A DNA stretch of 64,000 nt from Octopus sinensis (GCF_006345805.1 NC_043002.1:34348001-34412000); one strand, 5' to 3'; numbered from the stretch's first letter, positions 24,758 to 37,580 are shown. The notes: generated by a model not told the origin, from the letters alone. Numbers and translations are program-made.

Positions 24758-26197
24758 TCAATCTGATGACGTCGTACTGACGTCACTACAAGAAAGTTCA
24801 CCGCTGAAATCACTGCGGTCGACGCCTGTTGTCCAGCTCTCCAGGAGGTCACTGAAATCAGGTGTTTTGGAAGAATTCAACATGTAACTGGAACGTGTAG
24901 AATATTTTGATTTTGCTGCCTCTGACCCAGAACAGGGTTGTTTCCAGAAAGAACGAGGTAATTTCCTTTGGTTCATTGGTATAATATCATCATGTTTTTT
25001 CAGATCCAAACGAAGACGTTTCAATTTCCTTGTTGACGTTTTTGATTTTGAATCAGTGAAAAAGTTACGCAGTCCAAATTCAAACAGTTCATTCAATGGT
25101 CCCAGTCCAACGGATTTATTCAGGCGACCACTAAACTTTTCCTTGTTATCAAAGCCTATCGAAGATTGGCTGTTGGAGGCTGCAGACGACGTGGTCGCCG
25201 TTGCTGAGGTAGCATTTCGCTTTGAAGAGCTACGTCGCGTGTCAGGATTCTCACCGTGTGCAATTCTCAACAAATCTGCGTAATAGAGTTCCCGCCCTGA
25301 TTTACTTGATATCCACTTATCTTCATAAATATCACAAGAGTCCTCGTCACCATGCTTACGACCGAAAAACTTTTGTATATCGGCACTGATCAACTGAGCA
25401 AAGTCTATCAGTTGTTTACTTGCATTTGGGGATTCAGGTCTTCGAGGGTAGTTGAGAACTGGAAAGTAAACTTCTTCGAGGTCAGCCGAATAATGTGAAT
25501 CATGATCACTAAAATCATCATCGTCATCAATGCAATCATCATCATCATCATTATTATTACTATTATTATTATCATCATCATCATCATCATCACCGTCGTC
25601 GTTGTTATTGTTGACGTTTGTGTGATCGTCATGGTAATTGCTTTTCATGACATTATTGCAAATAACAGTTGAAGTTGCTGCTAAGTTGCTGTGACTTCTG
25701 AAATGGCCAAATCCTTGGAAGTGCTCACCATTGAATACATTGTTGCCAACATGTGCAGCAGTTGCTGAAGACATCCCAGTTGTGCTAATACTGCATTTAT
25801 TATTGCAATAAATGTCTGCATCTTCACTACAACTATCATCAAAACCATCCTCATTATCTTGTCCGTCGAGAGAGGCAGCCTTAGCTAGAGCTTGAAAAGA
25901 TTTTTTAAATATCGATGTTGGTGTAGTCCTCAGTTCAACAGCAGGCCTCAAAGACGGTAGGTTTGCTCTGTGAAGACTCGCTGTCACGTTACTGTCATGC
26001 ATAGTAGCACCAATGGAAGCAACTGCCGTCATAGCTGAAAGTGTGTCGTCTGGCTCCAATGATACACCACGTCCTCTCTGTTCTGGGTGACTAAATCTAA
26101 ACAACTGATCATCGCTGCCTGAACACTGATTATTCAATGGCTTTCTGAGCGTTTCCTTTTTTAGTAATCTCCGTTGATCGCTTCTTCGAACACACAT
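24758..26197 (-). CDS. PERCC1: PERCC1-like protein (FAM181/YAP-type TEAD-binding co-regulator family), single coding exon, 479 aa
   Basis: Collinear blocks matching my recollection of vertebrate PERCC1: QLIDFAQLISADIQKFFGRK, CDIYED, RELYYADLLRIAHG, LGPLNELFEFGL, IIPMNQRKLPRSFWKQP, TPDFSDLLESWT. Long ORF free of dinucleotide repeats. Confidence 0.85.
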   Translation of the reverse strand: MCVRRSDQRRLLKKETLRKPLNNQCSGSDDQLFRFSHPEQRGRGVSLEPDDTLSAMTAVASIGATMHDSNVTASLHRANLPSLRPAVELRTTPTSIFKKSFQALAKAASLDGQDNEDGFDDSCSEDADIYCNNKCSISTTGMSSATAAHVGNNVFNGEHFQGFGHFRSHSNLAATSTVICNNVMKSNYHDDHTNVNNNNDDGDDDDDDDNNNSNNNDDDDDCIDDDDDFSDHDSHYSADLEEVYFPVLNYPRRPESPNASKQLIDFAQLISADIQKFFGRKHGDEDSCDIYEDKWISSKSGRELYYADLLRIAHGENPDTRRSSSKRNATSATATTSSAASNSQSSIGFDNKEKFSGRLNKSVGLGPLNELFEFGLRNFFTDSKSKTSTRKLKRLRLDLKKHDDIIPMNQRKLPRSFWKQPCSGSEAAKSKYSTRSSYMLNSSKTPDFSDLLESWTTGVDRSDFSGELSCSDVSTTSSD

Positions 26198-26214
26198 TCA
26201 CAATACTCGATCAC

Positions 26215-26232
26215 CTGAAAATAAAAATAATA
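26215..26232 (-). promoter_or_regulatory. Splice acceptor of the PERCC1-like coding exon
   Basis: Minus strand ttatttttattttcag|GTGATCGAGTATTGTGA ATG. The exon starts at 26214 and an in-frame TGA directly precedes the ATG, so any upstream exon is non-coding. Confidence 0.65.
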
Positions 26233-26725
26233 TAATATTACCATTAATTGAAATATTGACAGAAATTGATATTAGTAATTATTATAAGGCGTTGACAGTT
26301 GTAATAAAACAACGGCCTTTATAAGCAGTCAAGATAAGGATATCAGTTATATGAATGTAAGCAGTCATAAAATTAATGATAGTTAATACAAGAAAAATAG
26401 CAATAATTTTGAAAATATTATCAATCAGTAGAATGTTATCATTACAATAGGGTTTCATACATGCAATATAGCGAGAGGAGAAACATTGATCAACTGAGGT
26501 TATCCAAATACATCGTAAACGAAAACTTCCTCTGAGTGTGTTTAAAATTTGAAACCAAACAACTCGGATAAGATCAGTGGTAATCGAGACATGTGATCAA
26601 TATAGACAATGTATGTCGCTGGGAACTTGGTCTTCAGAAGCATTTAGACAGTGCGGTGAACGTGTTTCGATCATATTAGACCTCCTCAGCGAAACACATT
26701 TTATTCATCTGGAAAAAATGGAAGC

Positions 26726-26759
<34 letters not shown>

Positions 26760-26853
26760 GCATGTATATTGAGAGATACATGCGCGTGCACACAGGCACA
26801 CACAGACACACACACGTATATATACATGCGTACATATATACATACATGCATAT

Positions 26854-26914
<61 letters not shown>

Positions 26915-26940
26915 ATATACATACACACACACACACACAC

Positions 26941-26997
<57 letters not shown>

Positions 26998-27026
26998 AAG
27001 TCAAATTGCGATAAAATAAAATTAAT

Positions 27027-27091
<65 letters not shown>

Positions 27092-28645
27092 GATATGTGA
27101 GTGTAAGATCCAAGGATCCAGCTATAGCAAGTTAGTAAGGTCTGAGCAATTCGTAAAAAGTATAAAAAAACAACTTTCAGGAACAAAAGGAGTTTATTAG
27201 TGTAGAAGGTTGTAAATTTCTCCCATATCGAGGTTCGATAAGCTGAAAAATGTTATATTATAGTTCACTGTTAGCAACAAGGAGTATTTCTTAAACCATT
27301 AGTTTCACATTTCAACAGCTTAACTGAAATTTAGTCCAAGTAACAGGAACTGAGAGGGATATCGTAGAACAGGGAAACTGTGGGTAATACAGATAATTTG
27401 ACATTATTTTTGATTTCTGCATGCAAAAACATTTAAGAGGCAAGTATTCTTTTTCTTGGGACAAATTCTTTGTTGACCAGTGTTATTCTTATCGTAGTTA
27501 TAAATCCAAGCATGAAAATTTTGAAGTTTTGGAGACAGAGCCCCCTTTTCACACACACACACACACACATATGCACTTATATATTAATGATGTACACAAA
27601 TACATGGCAGGTATACTTAATACTGAAATACGCATAAATTAAACACATGCAGACAAATATATTAATATAACAAATTTTTTAAAATAATAAAAACATAAAT
27701 CAATGAAGAGACAAAAAGAAACAGTAAGATTATATATGTTGATTTTATTGGGTATTTCTGTTTATTTAGAAACGTACAACGAAAAGGTCATTTCACAGAC
27801 GCTAAACGATAAATTTCATAGGGTAAACCTTAACGTTGACACCGCTCTTCTTAACGCAGAAAATTTCTGTCACGATTTTGGCTAAAAATACAGTATTTTT
27901 TCGATTTTTAGACCCCTGTAACTTTTCCTCGAATTTTGTTCTCCACAACATCATACCTTCATAGCAATAAGACTGGAAAACTACATTATTATAGCCTATT
28001 TTCAGTTTTTTTTTACTGTCTTATAAAAAAACGCATATTTTGCGAAAAAAAAACTAGATACCACCAAAATTGAAAGCAGTCTGAGCAAAATTATAGGAGG
28101 CTCATTTTGCAAATGAAACTAACTAGATCCGAACTTTCAAGCAAAGGTATCGACTACCTTTAAAGCACTGACAGATAGGGTAATAAAGTTAGACAAACGT
28201 TGAAAGCCACCGGTGAGCAGGAACAGGGCAGTCCTAGGGCTAAACAACAACAGTAACAAGCAAACCGTCACACAAGAGAGCGTATATAATGGTCACTATT
28301 AACCTCATGTTATCTATCATCCGATGGTCAGTGTAAACACAGGATGTCCACACTGTCTGGTTTGACAGACATGTAAATTGTTTCACTGTCGCCGTTCCCG
28401 CCTCTGTCTCTCTCTCTCTCTTTCTTTCTCATATACGCTTTCGCACGCAAACACATGCTCTCACAGACTCATTCACGAACGAGTCTATATTTTTGTTTGT
28501 GGTACGACGAGATAGTGTGTTATCGGAAGTCCAGGTGATAAGACCATGAAAATATGTGTATGCTTGTATGCATGTGTATGCGCGTGAGAGAAAGACAGAG
28601 AGAAAACGAAAGAGAGAGAGAGAGAGTGTGTGTGTGTGTGTGTGC

Positions 28646-28679
<34 letters not shown>

Positions 28680-28800
28680 AGCGAGCGGAGTATGTACCTG
28701 CATGCGTGTAATGGACTAGATGCTGGTTAGCGCCATCTAATGCTCTGATATCTTCAGATTAAATTCAATTCTAACCCTAAAACTAGAAGACTTTAATACG

Positions 28801-28858
28801 CGCGCGCGTGTGTGTGTGTGTGTGTGCATGTGTGTGAGTATGTGTGCTTGTGTGTCAG

Positions 28859-28941
<83 letters not shown>

Positions 28942-28995
28942 ATATATATATATATATATATATACATACTGACACACAAGCACACACACACACAC

Positions 28996-29034
<39 letters not shown>

Positions 29035-29098
29035 TATATATATATATATGTATGTATGTATGTATATATATATATATATATACATACTGACACACAAG

Positions 29099-29154
<56 letters not shown>

Positions 29155-29160
29155 ATATAT
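28801..29160. repeat. Compound (TG)/(TA)/(CA) tract with internal inverted and tandem duplications
   Basis: tgtgtgcttgtgtgtcagtatg (28841-28862) recurs as its reverse complement at about 28964 and 29083. Confidence 0.85.
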
Positions 29161-29380
29161 AGGGTGCGATGAGTAAATCGTCGCCATTTTATATTTTTAA
29201 TTTCACGCATTGTTTTTGATTTTGTCGACTATACATTATAGTAGGGTCAGCTGAGCACCGTCTGTGAGAAAAACAGCACAATGACGCAATTCACTCTGCC
29301 AGATATTTGGAAACGACATGCTGCAATGTTTGGCATTCGCGCCGGAAGCTCCAATACGAACAGATGGCGAACACACACAC

Positions 29381-29432
<52 letters not shown>

Positions 29433-29985
29433 GCGATGAGTAAATCGTCGCCATTTTATATTTTTAATTTCACGCATTGTTTTTGATTTTGTCGACTATA
29501 CATTATAGTAGGGTCAGCTGAGCACCGTCTGTGAGAAAAACAGCACAATGACGCAATTCACTCTGCCAGATATTTGGAAACGACATGCTGCAATGTTTGG
29601 CATTCGCGCCGGAAGCTCCAATACGAACAGATGGCGAACACACACAGAACAACTGTTGGCCTGTCGTGTTCCCAAAACATGTAGCGAGAGTGATAAAAAT
29701 CAAACACCCAGTCAACATCATGGTGTTTGAAATGATCACTAGTGATGGCGACGTTATGCCTCCATTCATTTTCCCACACGAACGCAGACTCAACATGGTG
29801 GCCTACAACAAATGCCTGGAGGAGGTAGTGGTACCTTGGGTCAAGAGAGTGGCCGCGGAAGTCCCTATGTCTGGCAACAAGAATCTGCATGCCACATAAG
29901 AAGGAGAACCCAGTCACGGCTCTCAGACAATTTCTGCGGCCACATCATCCCTAACATCTAGCCACCTAATTGCCCAGTTCTGATA
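29157..29985 (+). mobile_element. Internally deleted Tc1/mariner element with a duplicated left end
   Basis: KHPVNIMVFEMITSDGDVMPPFIFP...CLEEVVVPWVKRVA, then broken WQQ(D)SAC(H)...WPPN(C)P catalytic region. About 215 bp of the left end is present twice (about 29157 and 29424). Confidence 0.8.
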
Positions 29986-31759
29986 CTTTTTCCACTTTGA
30001 TAATAATATGATTATAAGATTACAAAAGGTTATTAAAGTGGGAAATTATCAGAAAAGCCATTTCTATTCATTTTTCAAATATATAATACTGTACCAAGAA
30101 CTTTCTATATATATATATATATATAATATATATATATATATACATACATACATACATACATACATACATACATACATACATACATACATACATACATACA
30201 TACATACATACACACATACTTATGTATGTATATACTGGATTCTCCCATAGATTTCGGCGTATGACGTCTAACAGCATGTCTGGGGTTTCGGGGTTTTTTT
30301 TCTTTTTGTTTTAGCTCTGTTTTAGCATTCTGTCTCTTACGAAACTTTAACCCACCCAACGATTTACAGACAAGTCCACAGAATGGTCATAAGAATGGTT
30401 TCTTATGTAAAACAGCTGGCATGTTAATTCGATACTTTGCCTTTACTCCCATCTCTTTAAGATGATCCAGACAGCCCAATTCATAGTTCATTCGTTGCGA
30501 TTCAATATTTCCAGGGAATCTTTGTCACTCTCAGGTTAGCTTTGAGCTTATTCATGGTCTTCTTATATTTCTCATATATAGATTTGATTTTATTTATTTA
30601 AGTCTTTTTCATTGGGAGAATTCATGATGCCCACTAACAAAATGACAAGACTCTTGTTTTAATCAAGAGAAGTGTTTGTTTTTGGTTGTCTGAATCGGTT
30701 GATGTGTGTATAAACGCATCTATGTATACATGAATAATGTATTTGTTTGGAGGATATGTGTTCACTTTAATAAACAAGTGTCTATGCTATTTACTTTTTT
30801 CTCTTTAGTAATACAAGTATTTGTGCTTCACCCTCGTGTGCACAGATTGATGCATTCCCATAGTCTCAGGAACAGGGAGTGCAGGAGGTGCAAGCGCATC
30901 CCCCCTTTTTTTTTTCTGTGACGAGTGAGCAATGAAAACGCTTTGAATCTCCTTCTGAAAAAACTTCGTCACCAAAACAAACGAGCATAAATCCACTTTT
31001 GGACTGATTTGAAATATTACTTTTTCATTTTGGGATTTATCTGATTTAGTTATAATAATTAGTATTATTATATCTGTTTGTTACGCATTTAAAACTGAAA
31101 AAATAGACATTGTAAAAACTTTTGGACCTGGATTTGTACCCTCTAAACAAATTTTAGTCCTTCACTTATGTGCATCTGTGTGTGTGTGTGTGTGTCAGGA
31201 AATTCACATAAGAGTAGGTTTCTAGGGCATTTCCCATGCTTTTCATGTTTAGCATGGAAAACTCATGGAGAATCTCTGAAAGCACTGTTCTATATTTAAG
31301 AGATGAGGAATTATGTACATTATTTACATTCGACGGATATTTGTCCTCATCTTGTTTGTTGTTAACACAACGTTTCGGCTGATATGATATTGTTATTATT
31401 ATTATTATTGTTATTGCTCAGGTCACTGCTTGGAATCGAACTCGGAATCTTGGGGTTAGTGGCCCGTGCTCTTAACCACTACGCCATATGCCCGTGGGCA
31501 TAGTGAGTAAGAGTTTAACTATATCACGTTCTATACGTATATCTATTTATATGGTGCGGGGAGATGTGAAGAGTGTAGTTTATGAAAATATAGGTGATGA
31601 TTTATTTTTTATTATGTCAATAATAATGTTGTGTATTGGCACTTTATTTGAGGGACTTATATTACAAAATGTGGTGATTTGTTTTAATGAAGTAATTAGA
31701 TCGTAATCAGATAGTAATCAGATCGTATAGATGAGCGAGATGCTGCTAAGCTTTTTGCC

Positions 31760-32398
31760 CAACGTGCTAACAAATCGTTTCTACTCTAGGTACAAGGCCC
31801 GAAATTTTGTGGGAAGGGGCCAGTCGATTAGATCGATCCCAATACGCAACTGGTACTTAATTTATCGACCCCTAAAAGATGAAAGGCAAAGTCGACCTCG
31901 GCGGAGTTTGAACTCAGAACGTAAAGACAGACGAAATACCTATTTCTTTACTACTCACAAGGGGCTAAACACAGAGAAGACAAAGAAGGACAGAAAAAAA
32001 CGGATTAAGTCGATTATATCGACCCCAGTGCATAACTGGTACTTATTTAAATTGACCCCGAAAGGATGAAAGGCAAAGTCGACCTCGGCGGAATTTGAAC
32101 TCAGAACGTAGAGGCAGACGAAATACCGCTAAGCATTTCGCCCGGCGTGCTAACAATTCTGCCATCTCGCTACCTTAATCATAATAATAATCCTTTCTAC
32201 TAAGGACACAAGGCCTGCAATTTGTGGGGAGAAGGTAAGTTGATCACATCGACTTCAAGGCGTAACTGGTACTTACGTTATCGATCCTGAAGGATGAAAG
32301 GCAAAGTCGACCTCGGCGGAACTTGAACTCAGATCGTATAGACGAACGAAATGCTGCTAAGCCCGACGTGATAAAAATTCTACCAGCTCGCCACCTTA
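31760..32398 (-). mobile_element. Three head-to-tail SINE copies
   Basis: gatgaaaggcaaagtcgacctcggcgga repeated at about 31879, 32065 and 32293. Confidence 0.85.
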
Positions 32399-33276
32399 AT
32401 CATGATAATAACAGCAACAAAAACAACATCAACAAAATCAGCAGCCACAGTAGTATCCAAACAGCAACAGCAATTAAACAAAAGCAACGGGCCAGCGATC
32501 ACAACTACTACAACATAAATAAAAACAACACCAACAGCAACAATCGATAAGTTCGAGGAATGGACAATTATAAGTGAGATTATAAGTGAGGGTTTAAGTT
32601 GACGCCCTTAAGATCTATAAAATTTGTCGGTGTGTGTACAGAGAGGTGAATGCAATACTCTACGCAGTAATAAATTGTTCCAACAAAGCTTAAAAACAGA
32701 TTAAGTAAATCCTCTCACATTTCCGTCTGTTGTTGGTGGTGGTGGTGCTGGTGTTGTCGTTATTGTTATTACTGTTATTTATCTTAATAATTTCCCTCCT
32801 TGTTACACTGGTTACGCATCTCTTAATTAAATACCCTCTTTCCTTTTCTCTTCCTATACACACACACACACACACACAAAGGGTCTGAACATGCATATAT
32901 ACACACAGATGATATAAACACACAGAGACACATAACTGAGTGTATGTGATTTGCGCGCTTAGTAATTCGTATGCGCATATATATGCATATATCTTTGTAT
33001 ATGTAATATATATCTACCTATATATTATCATATACAAAGATGTGTATGTGTGTACATAGATATACACGAGGGGTGCCGAAAAGAAAGTACAGTAAAAGAA
33101 AGTACAAGAGGATCAGTTAATTATGATTTCATTCAACATATTCTCCTCTCAGATTCACACACTTATTGCAGCGTTCCTTCATTTTTTTCTGAGCCCTGTA
33201 AAAGAACTCGGTAAGTTGGGCATCCAACCTGGCTTTCGCGATACCTTTAAAGCCAGAAATTTTTAGTCCCCACCCC

Positions 33277-34890
33277 ATATATATAAAACTCTAGTTGTGT
33301 GAGTGTCTGTCCCCTTCGATTTAGATTCCTAACTCCTCCCACATTTTGCGGTGCAGTTTAACCAAATTCGGGTATCTTATAGTCGTGATTCATATCGAGC
33401 CCGTCTGACTATTAACGCGCGTCAACGATGAGTCTACGATTTTAAAAATAATTTAACATCATTTTTTATTCCATTTTAATGCATAAAATGCATCGTATGT
33501 CGATGGCGGCGGAGTTGGCGTCCACGCTCACAGCTGCACCTGTTTGCTTCTCCCCTTCCCTCCCTCGTGAAGCTGTGGGGAAGGGAGTGTAAAGAAATCA
33601 ACGTCGTAATGCGTTGTGAAGGAAACCAGCGTTCTTTTAGAACACGACTTCATGGCTTGAAGACACCAAAACAAAAATGGCTAAGAAAGCCCGAATTTAT
33701 AAGGGAAGTAACTCTCTAAAAATGCTTATATAGTTATTTCCCTTACAAACCCGAGCAACGCCGGGCGATACTGCTAGTCTTTATATATAAAAGTAAGGTT
33801 GTGTGTCTGTCTACTCCGATTTAGATTCCTAACTACTCCCACATTTTGCGGTGCAGTTTAACCAAAAGCGGGTATCTTATAGTCGTGATTCATATCGAGC
33901 CCTTCTACGATGAGTCTACGATTTTAAAAATAATTTACCATTTTTTTTTCCATTTTAATGCATATTTTTTTAAATATAAGGGAAGTAACTCTCTAAAAAT
34001 GTCTACGATGAGTCAACGATTTAAAAAAAATTACCATCATTTTTTTTCCATTTTTAATGCATATTTTTGCTACTTTTTGGCTATAACTCTAAAAATGCTT
34101 TGTAGTTATTTCCCTTACAAACGCGAGCTACGCCGGGCGATACTGCTAGTATATATATAAAACTGTAGTTGTGTGAGTGTCTGTCCCCTTCGATTTAGAT
34201 TCCTAACTACTCCCACATTTTGCGGTGCAGTTTAACCAAATTCGAGTATCTTATAGTCGTGATTCATATCGAACCCGTCTGAGTATTAGCGCGCGTCAAC
34301 GATGAGTCTACGATTTTAAAAATAATTTAACATCATTTTTTATTCCATTTTAATGCATAATTTTTCGTGTGTCGATGGCGGCGGAGTTGGCGTCCACGCT
34401 CACAGCTGCACCTGTTTGCTTCTCCCCCTTCCCTCCCTCGTGAAGCTGTGGGGAAGGGAGTGTAAAGAAATCAACGTCGTAATGCGTTGTCAAGGAGACC
34501 AGCGTTCATTTAGAACAACGACTTCATGGCCTGAAGACACTAAGTCAACGATTTAAAAAAAAAATTATCATAATTTTTTATTCCATTTTTAATGTATTTT
34601 TTTGCTATAACTCTCTAAAAATGCTTATATAGTTATTTCCCTTACAAACCCGAGCAACGCCGGGCGATACTGCTAGTCTTTATATATAAAACTGTAGTTG
34701 TGTGAGTGTCTGTCCCCTTCGATTTAGATTTCTAACTACTCCCACATTTTGCGGTGCAGTTTAACCAAATTCGAGTATCTTATAGTCGTGATTCATATCG
34801 AGCCCGTCTGAGTATTAGCGCGCGTCAACGATGAGTCTACGATTTAAAAAATAATTTAACATTATTTTTTATTCCATTTTAATACATAAT
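33277..34890 (+). mobile_element. Head-to-tail array of four non-autonomous Helitron units
   Basis: Units about 33277-33777, 33778-34149, 34150-34676 and 34677-34890 (truncated). 5' tc(t)ttatatataaaa; 3' cccgagcaacgccggg hairpin then ctgCTAG. Confidence 0.85.
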
Positions 34891-35078
34891 ATATATATAT
34901 AGGGAGAGTTTACGAAAAAAACAAAAGACGAAGACTGGTGGTGTACAAAACAAACAGATGTATTAGTATAACGCTCAGGGACAGAGAAAGTCTTTTACGT
35001 TTCGAGCCTACGCTCTTCTATAGAAAGGGACACAAAGTAAGTACCAGTTACGCATTGGGGTCGATGTGATCGACTTAG

Positions 35079-35113
<35 letters not shown>

Positions 35114-36059
35114 ATAACAATAATAATCCTCGAATGGAGTTTATAAATATCTTAATGTATCGCTACGCGCGTTTCCACAGAATATGTTTTTTTTATGATC
35201 ATAGACCGTATTCCTGAAATGGTTACAATGCAGTCCGTAGTGTCTATGGACATACGGGTAGATCATGTTCATGCATTCTTTCTTGATGCTTGTCTTAAAG
35301 GTATTTATTAATAGGTGAACTCCGCACATCCTTGTTGCTGATGGTGGGTAACTTTCTACAGGTGTTAGCAGAGTTCTTGACCTGTAAACCTAAATTAGAG
35401 CAATGGAAACAGAGAGACAGTGAAATTGAAAATCGTTTGGTGAAGAAAATGAAATGGATCTGTTTTGTTAGAACATCTGTTTCTTGGAAAGATTTCCCAA
35501 ACTGCAGTAGAGCCTTTGCTCCCTTCCTCAAGGCAATTATTTGCTGAAGGCAACTTTGCAAAGTCCTCCAACTAGCAACGTCTCGATCAATATGGCTTTA
35601 TAAGAAACAGTCCTGCAGATAAAGACACCACATATATTTCAACCCCTAACACTGCTGCACTGAACACACACATATAACAAAATACAGCCAGAATCAATAT
35701 TTCCTACTACTTTCCACATCACCACGGGTACATTGCAGCTAAGTGTGAAAGTGTCTCCGACCATTAAAAGGCAACAAGACAGTCGTAGTCGAGTTGATGA
35801 TATTCCTCCCATGCCTTTCGAAGACTCCAGAACTGACATCTATCATCGCCAACATCACTCTTTCTCCAAAAAGCATCCACCTCTAGTCTATAGAAAACTC
35901 TTGACAGTTTGTCTCATTTCAAAAGAGATCCCTGATAATTTAACTCACTCCTAGCATTTCAAATACAGTACCGAATCTTTCGTCCAGTTTCTAGAAATCT
36001 GGAATTTCCAGAAATCCTGGAATACTGTGCAACATCATACATGACACTGTACCCTGTAT

Positions 36060-37580
36060 TCAATAATCAGACCCTAGTTTTGGGAGTTGTATAATTTGCA
36101 TCCGGTGTGTCAAAATTAGTTTGTTCTTTACTTTTTAAAGTGGATCGGTAAGGATGCCGTCAATCATTCACTGCAAGGGAAAGATATAACCATGCTTCAT
36201 TCTCATGAAAAACTATTTTCAAAATGAAGTTTGAACTTTGATACCCAAACTTGGATAGAAAGAATTTTGCATCATTTCATCAAATAAACATGTTTATTGA
36301 TGAGACCGAGCTTCGAGTCGATGACGTTATCCTTGAACTAATGAAACAACACGTCTCAATATTTGGCAGAGAAATATTTTTTTTTTTCCTCATCTTAATG
36401 ACTTTGATAAATACTGCCACTTTATCGGGAACCCCTTTGTACTTTCTGTTAGCGATCTACCTGCAGAAAACAATTTAATTCAAGAGCAATTCATTGATTC
36501 AGTCACTGATGGAGGTGCAAATTATTTTCCCCGTGAAATATGCTGAAATGGCACTGTCATAATCTGATGTCGCAAAGATTAGTTTTAGAGTACTGATACC
36601 ATTTCGAACCACCTATGAGTGTAAGGCTGCGTTTTCCACTTCTTTTGCCATCAAAACTAAGTAACGAAATCGACTGGATGTCACGCTAGAAATGGGGGTT
36701 GCTCTCTCCAAAACAGTGCCGAACGTAAAAGAGCTGGTCACTGCAAAGCAGGTACATTAATCATACTGAACTTTGTTGTAAATAAAATAACAGATGGTCT
36801 GCGTTTGTAAATAAATATTTTTTTATATAATTTTTTGTTGTTGTCATGTTATGTATCGGGGATTCAGGAAGAAGGATGGCTACCTTCAGGGGAGGAGGAG
36901 AAGACGGTTCTACTAAAATTGTACTTTTCTGTGCATATTAGTGGTCCAACTGACAGAAACTTCAGTACACTTTGGGATGCTATTACAATTCTTCTGCTGA
37001 AAATAGCTAAATTGGTTGAAATGCACCTCATGGATAATGAATATGGGGAATGACCTGCCAATGGGGAGGATAGCATCCCAAAACATGGCAAGGGGAAGGT
37101 GATGCTAAAAGCTCGAGAACCACTGTTATGTACGTAAATGTACCGTAGTTTTCGGTGTATGACCCACGGTTTCTGTCTGCTAAATGGGCACAAGTAGGTC
37201 TTACACAGTTAATACAGGATGCTCGGTATATTTTCGGACTGTTTTTGTTTCTCATTTGTTTTGTAACCAATTGATCAACTGATTCCCCATATTTTCATGT
37301 GTGTTTACTGTATCCCTATAGGGTGTTGCGTGGATTAAATTGTGGTTTTCGGCGTTGCAGGTCTATGGGCAGTACGGTTCATAGTCCGGGAAATACGGTA
37401 CATGAATGGATGTAATTTCTTTCCAAGTTAATTATCCTGCAGTTTCTAGAGGAAATGAAGCTTGAACTTTGGTACCCAAAGTTGGATAGAAAGAATTTTG
37501 CATCATTTCATCAAGTAATCATCGAAAAACTGTAAGGGGACTGGCGCGTAAAACTTTTTTAAAAAGTTTGAAAACTACTG
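36060..37580 (+). mobile_element. hAT (Buster/Charlie-like) transposase relic with an unrelated insertion
   Basis: 36590-36770 reads VLIPF.TTYEC.AAFST...IKTK.RNRLDV..EM.VALSKTVPNVKELVTAKQVH (hAT dimerisation domain). aaagtttgaaaactactg TIR-like end near 37580. Confidence 0.7.

Noticed and set aside
35130-36000. Possible Penelope RT/GIY-YIG remnants
   Set aside because: The VDDI/YRK-like and endonuclease-like hints fall on opposite strands and are too degraded to call.
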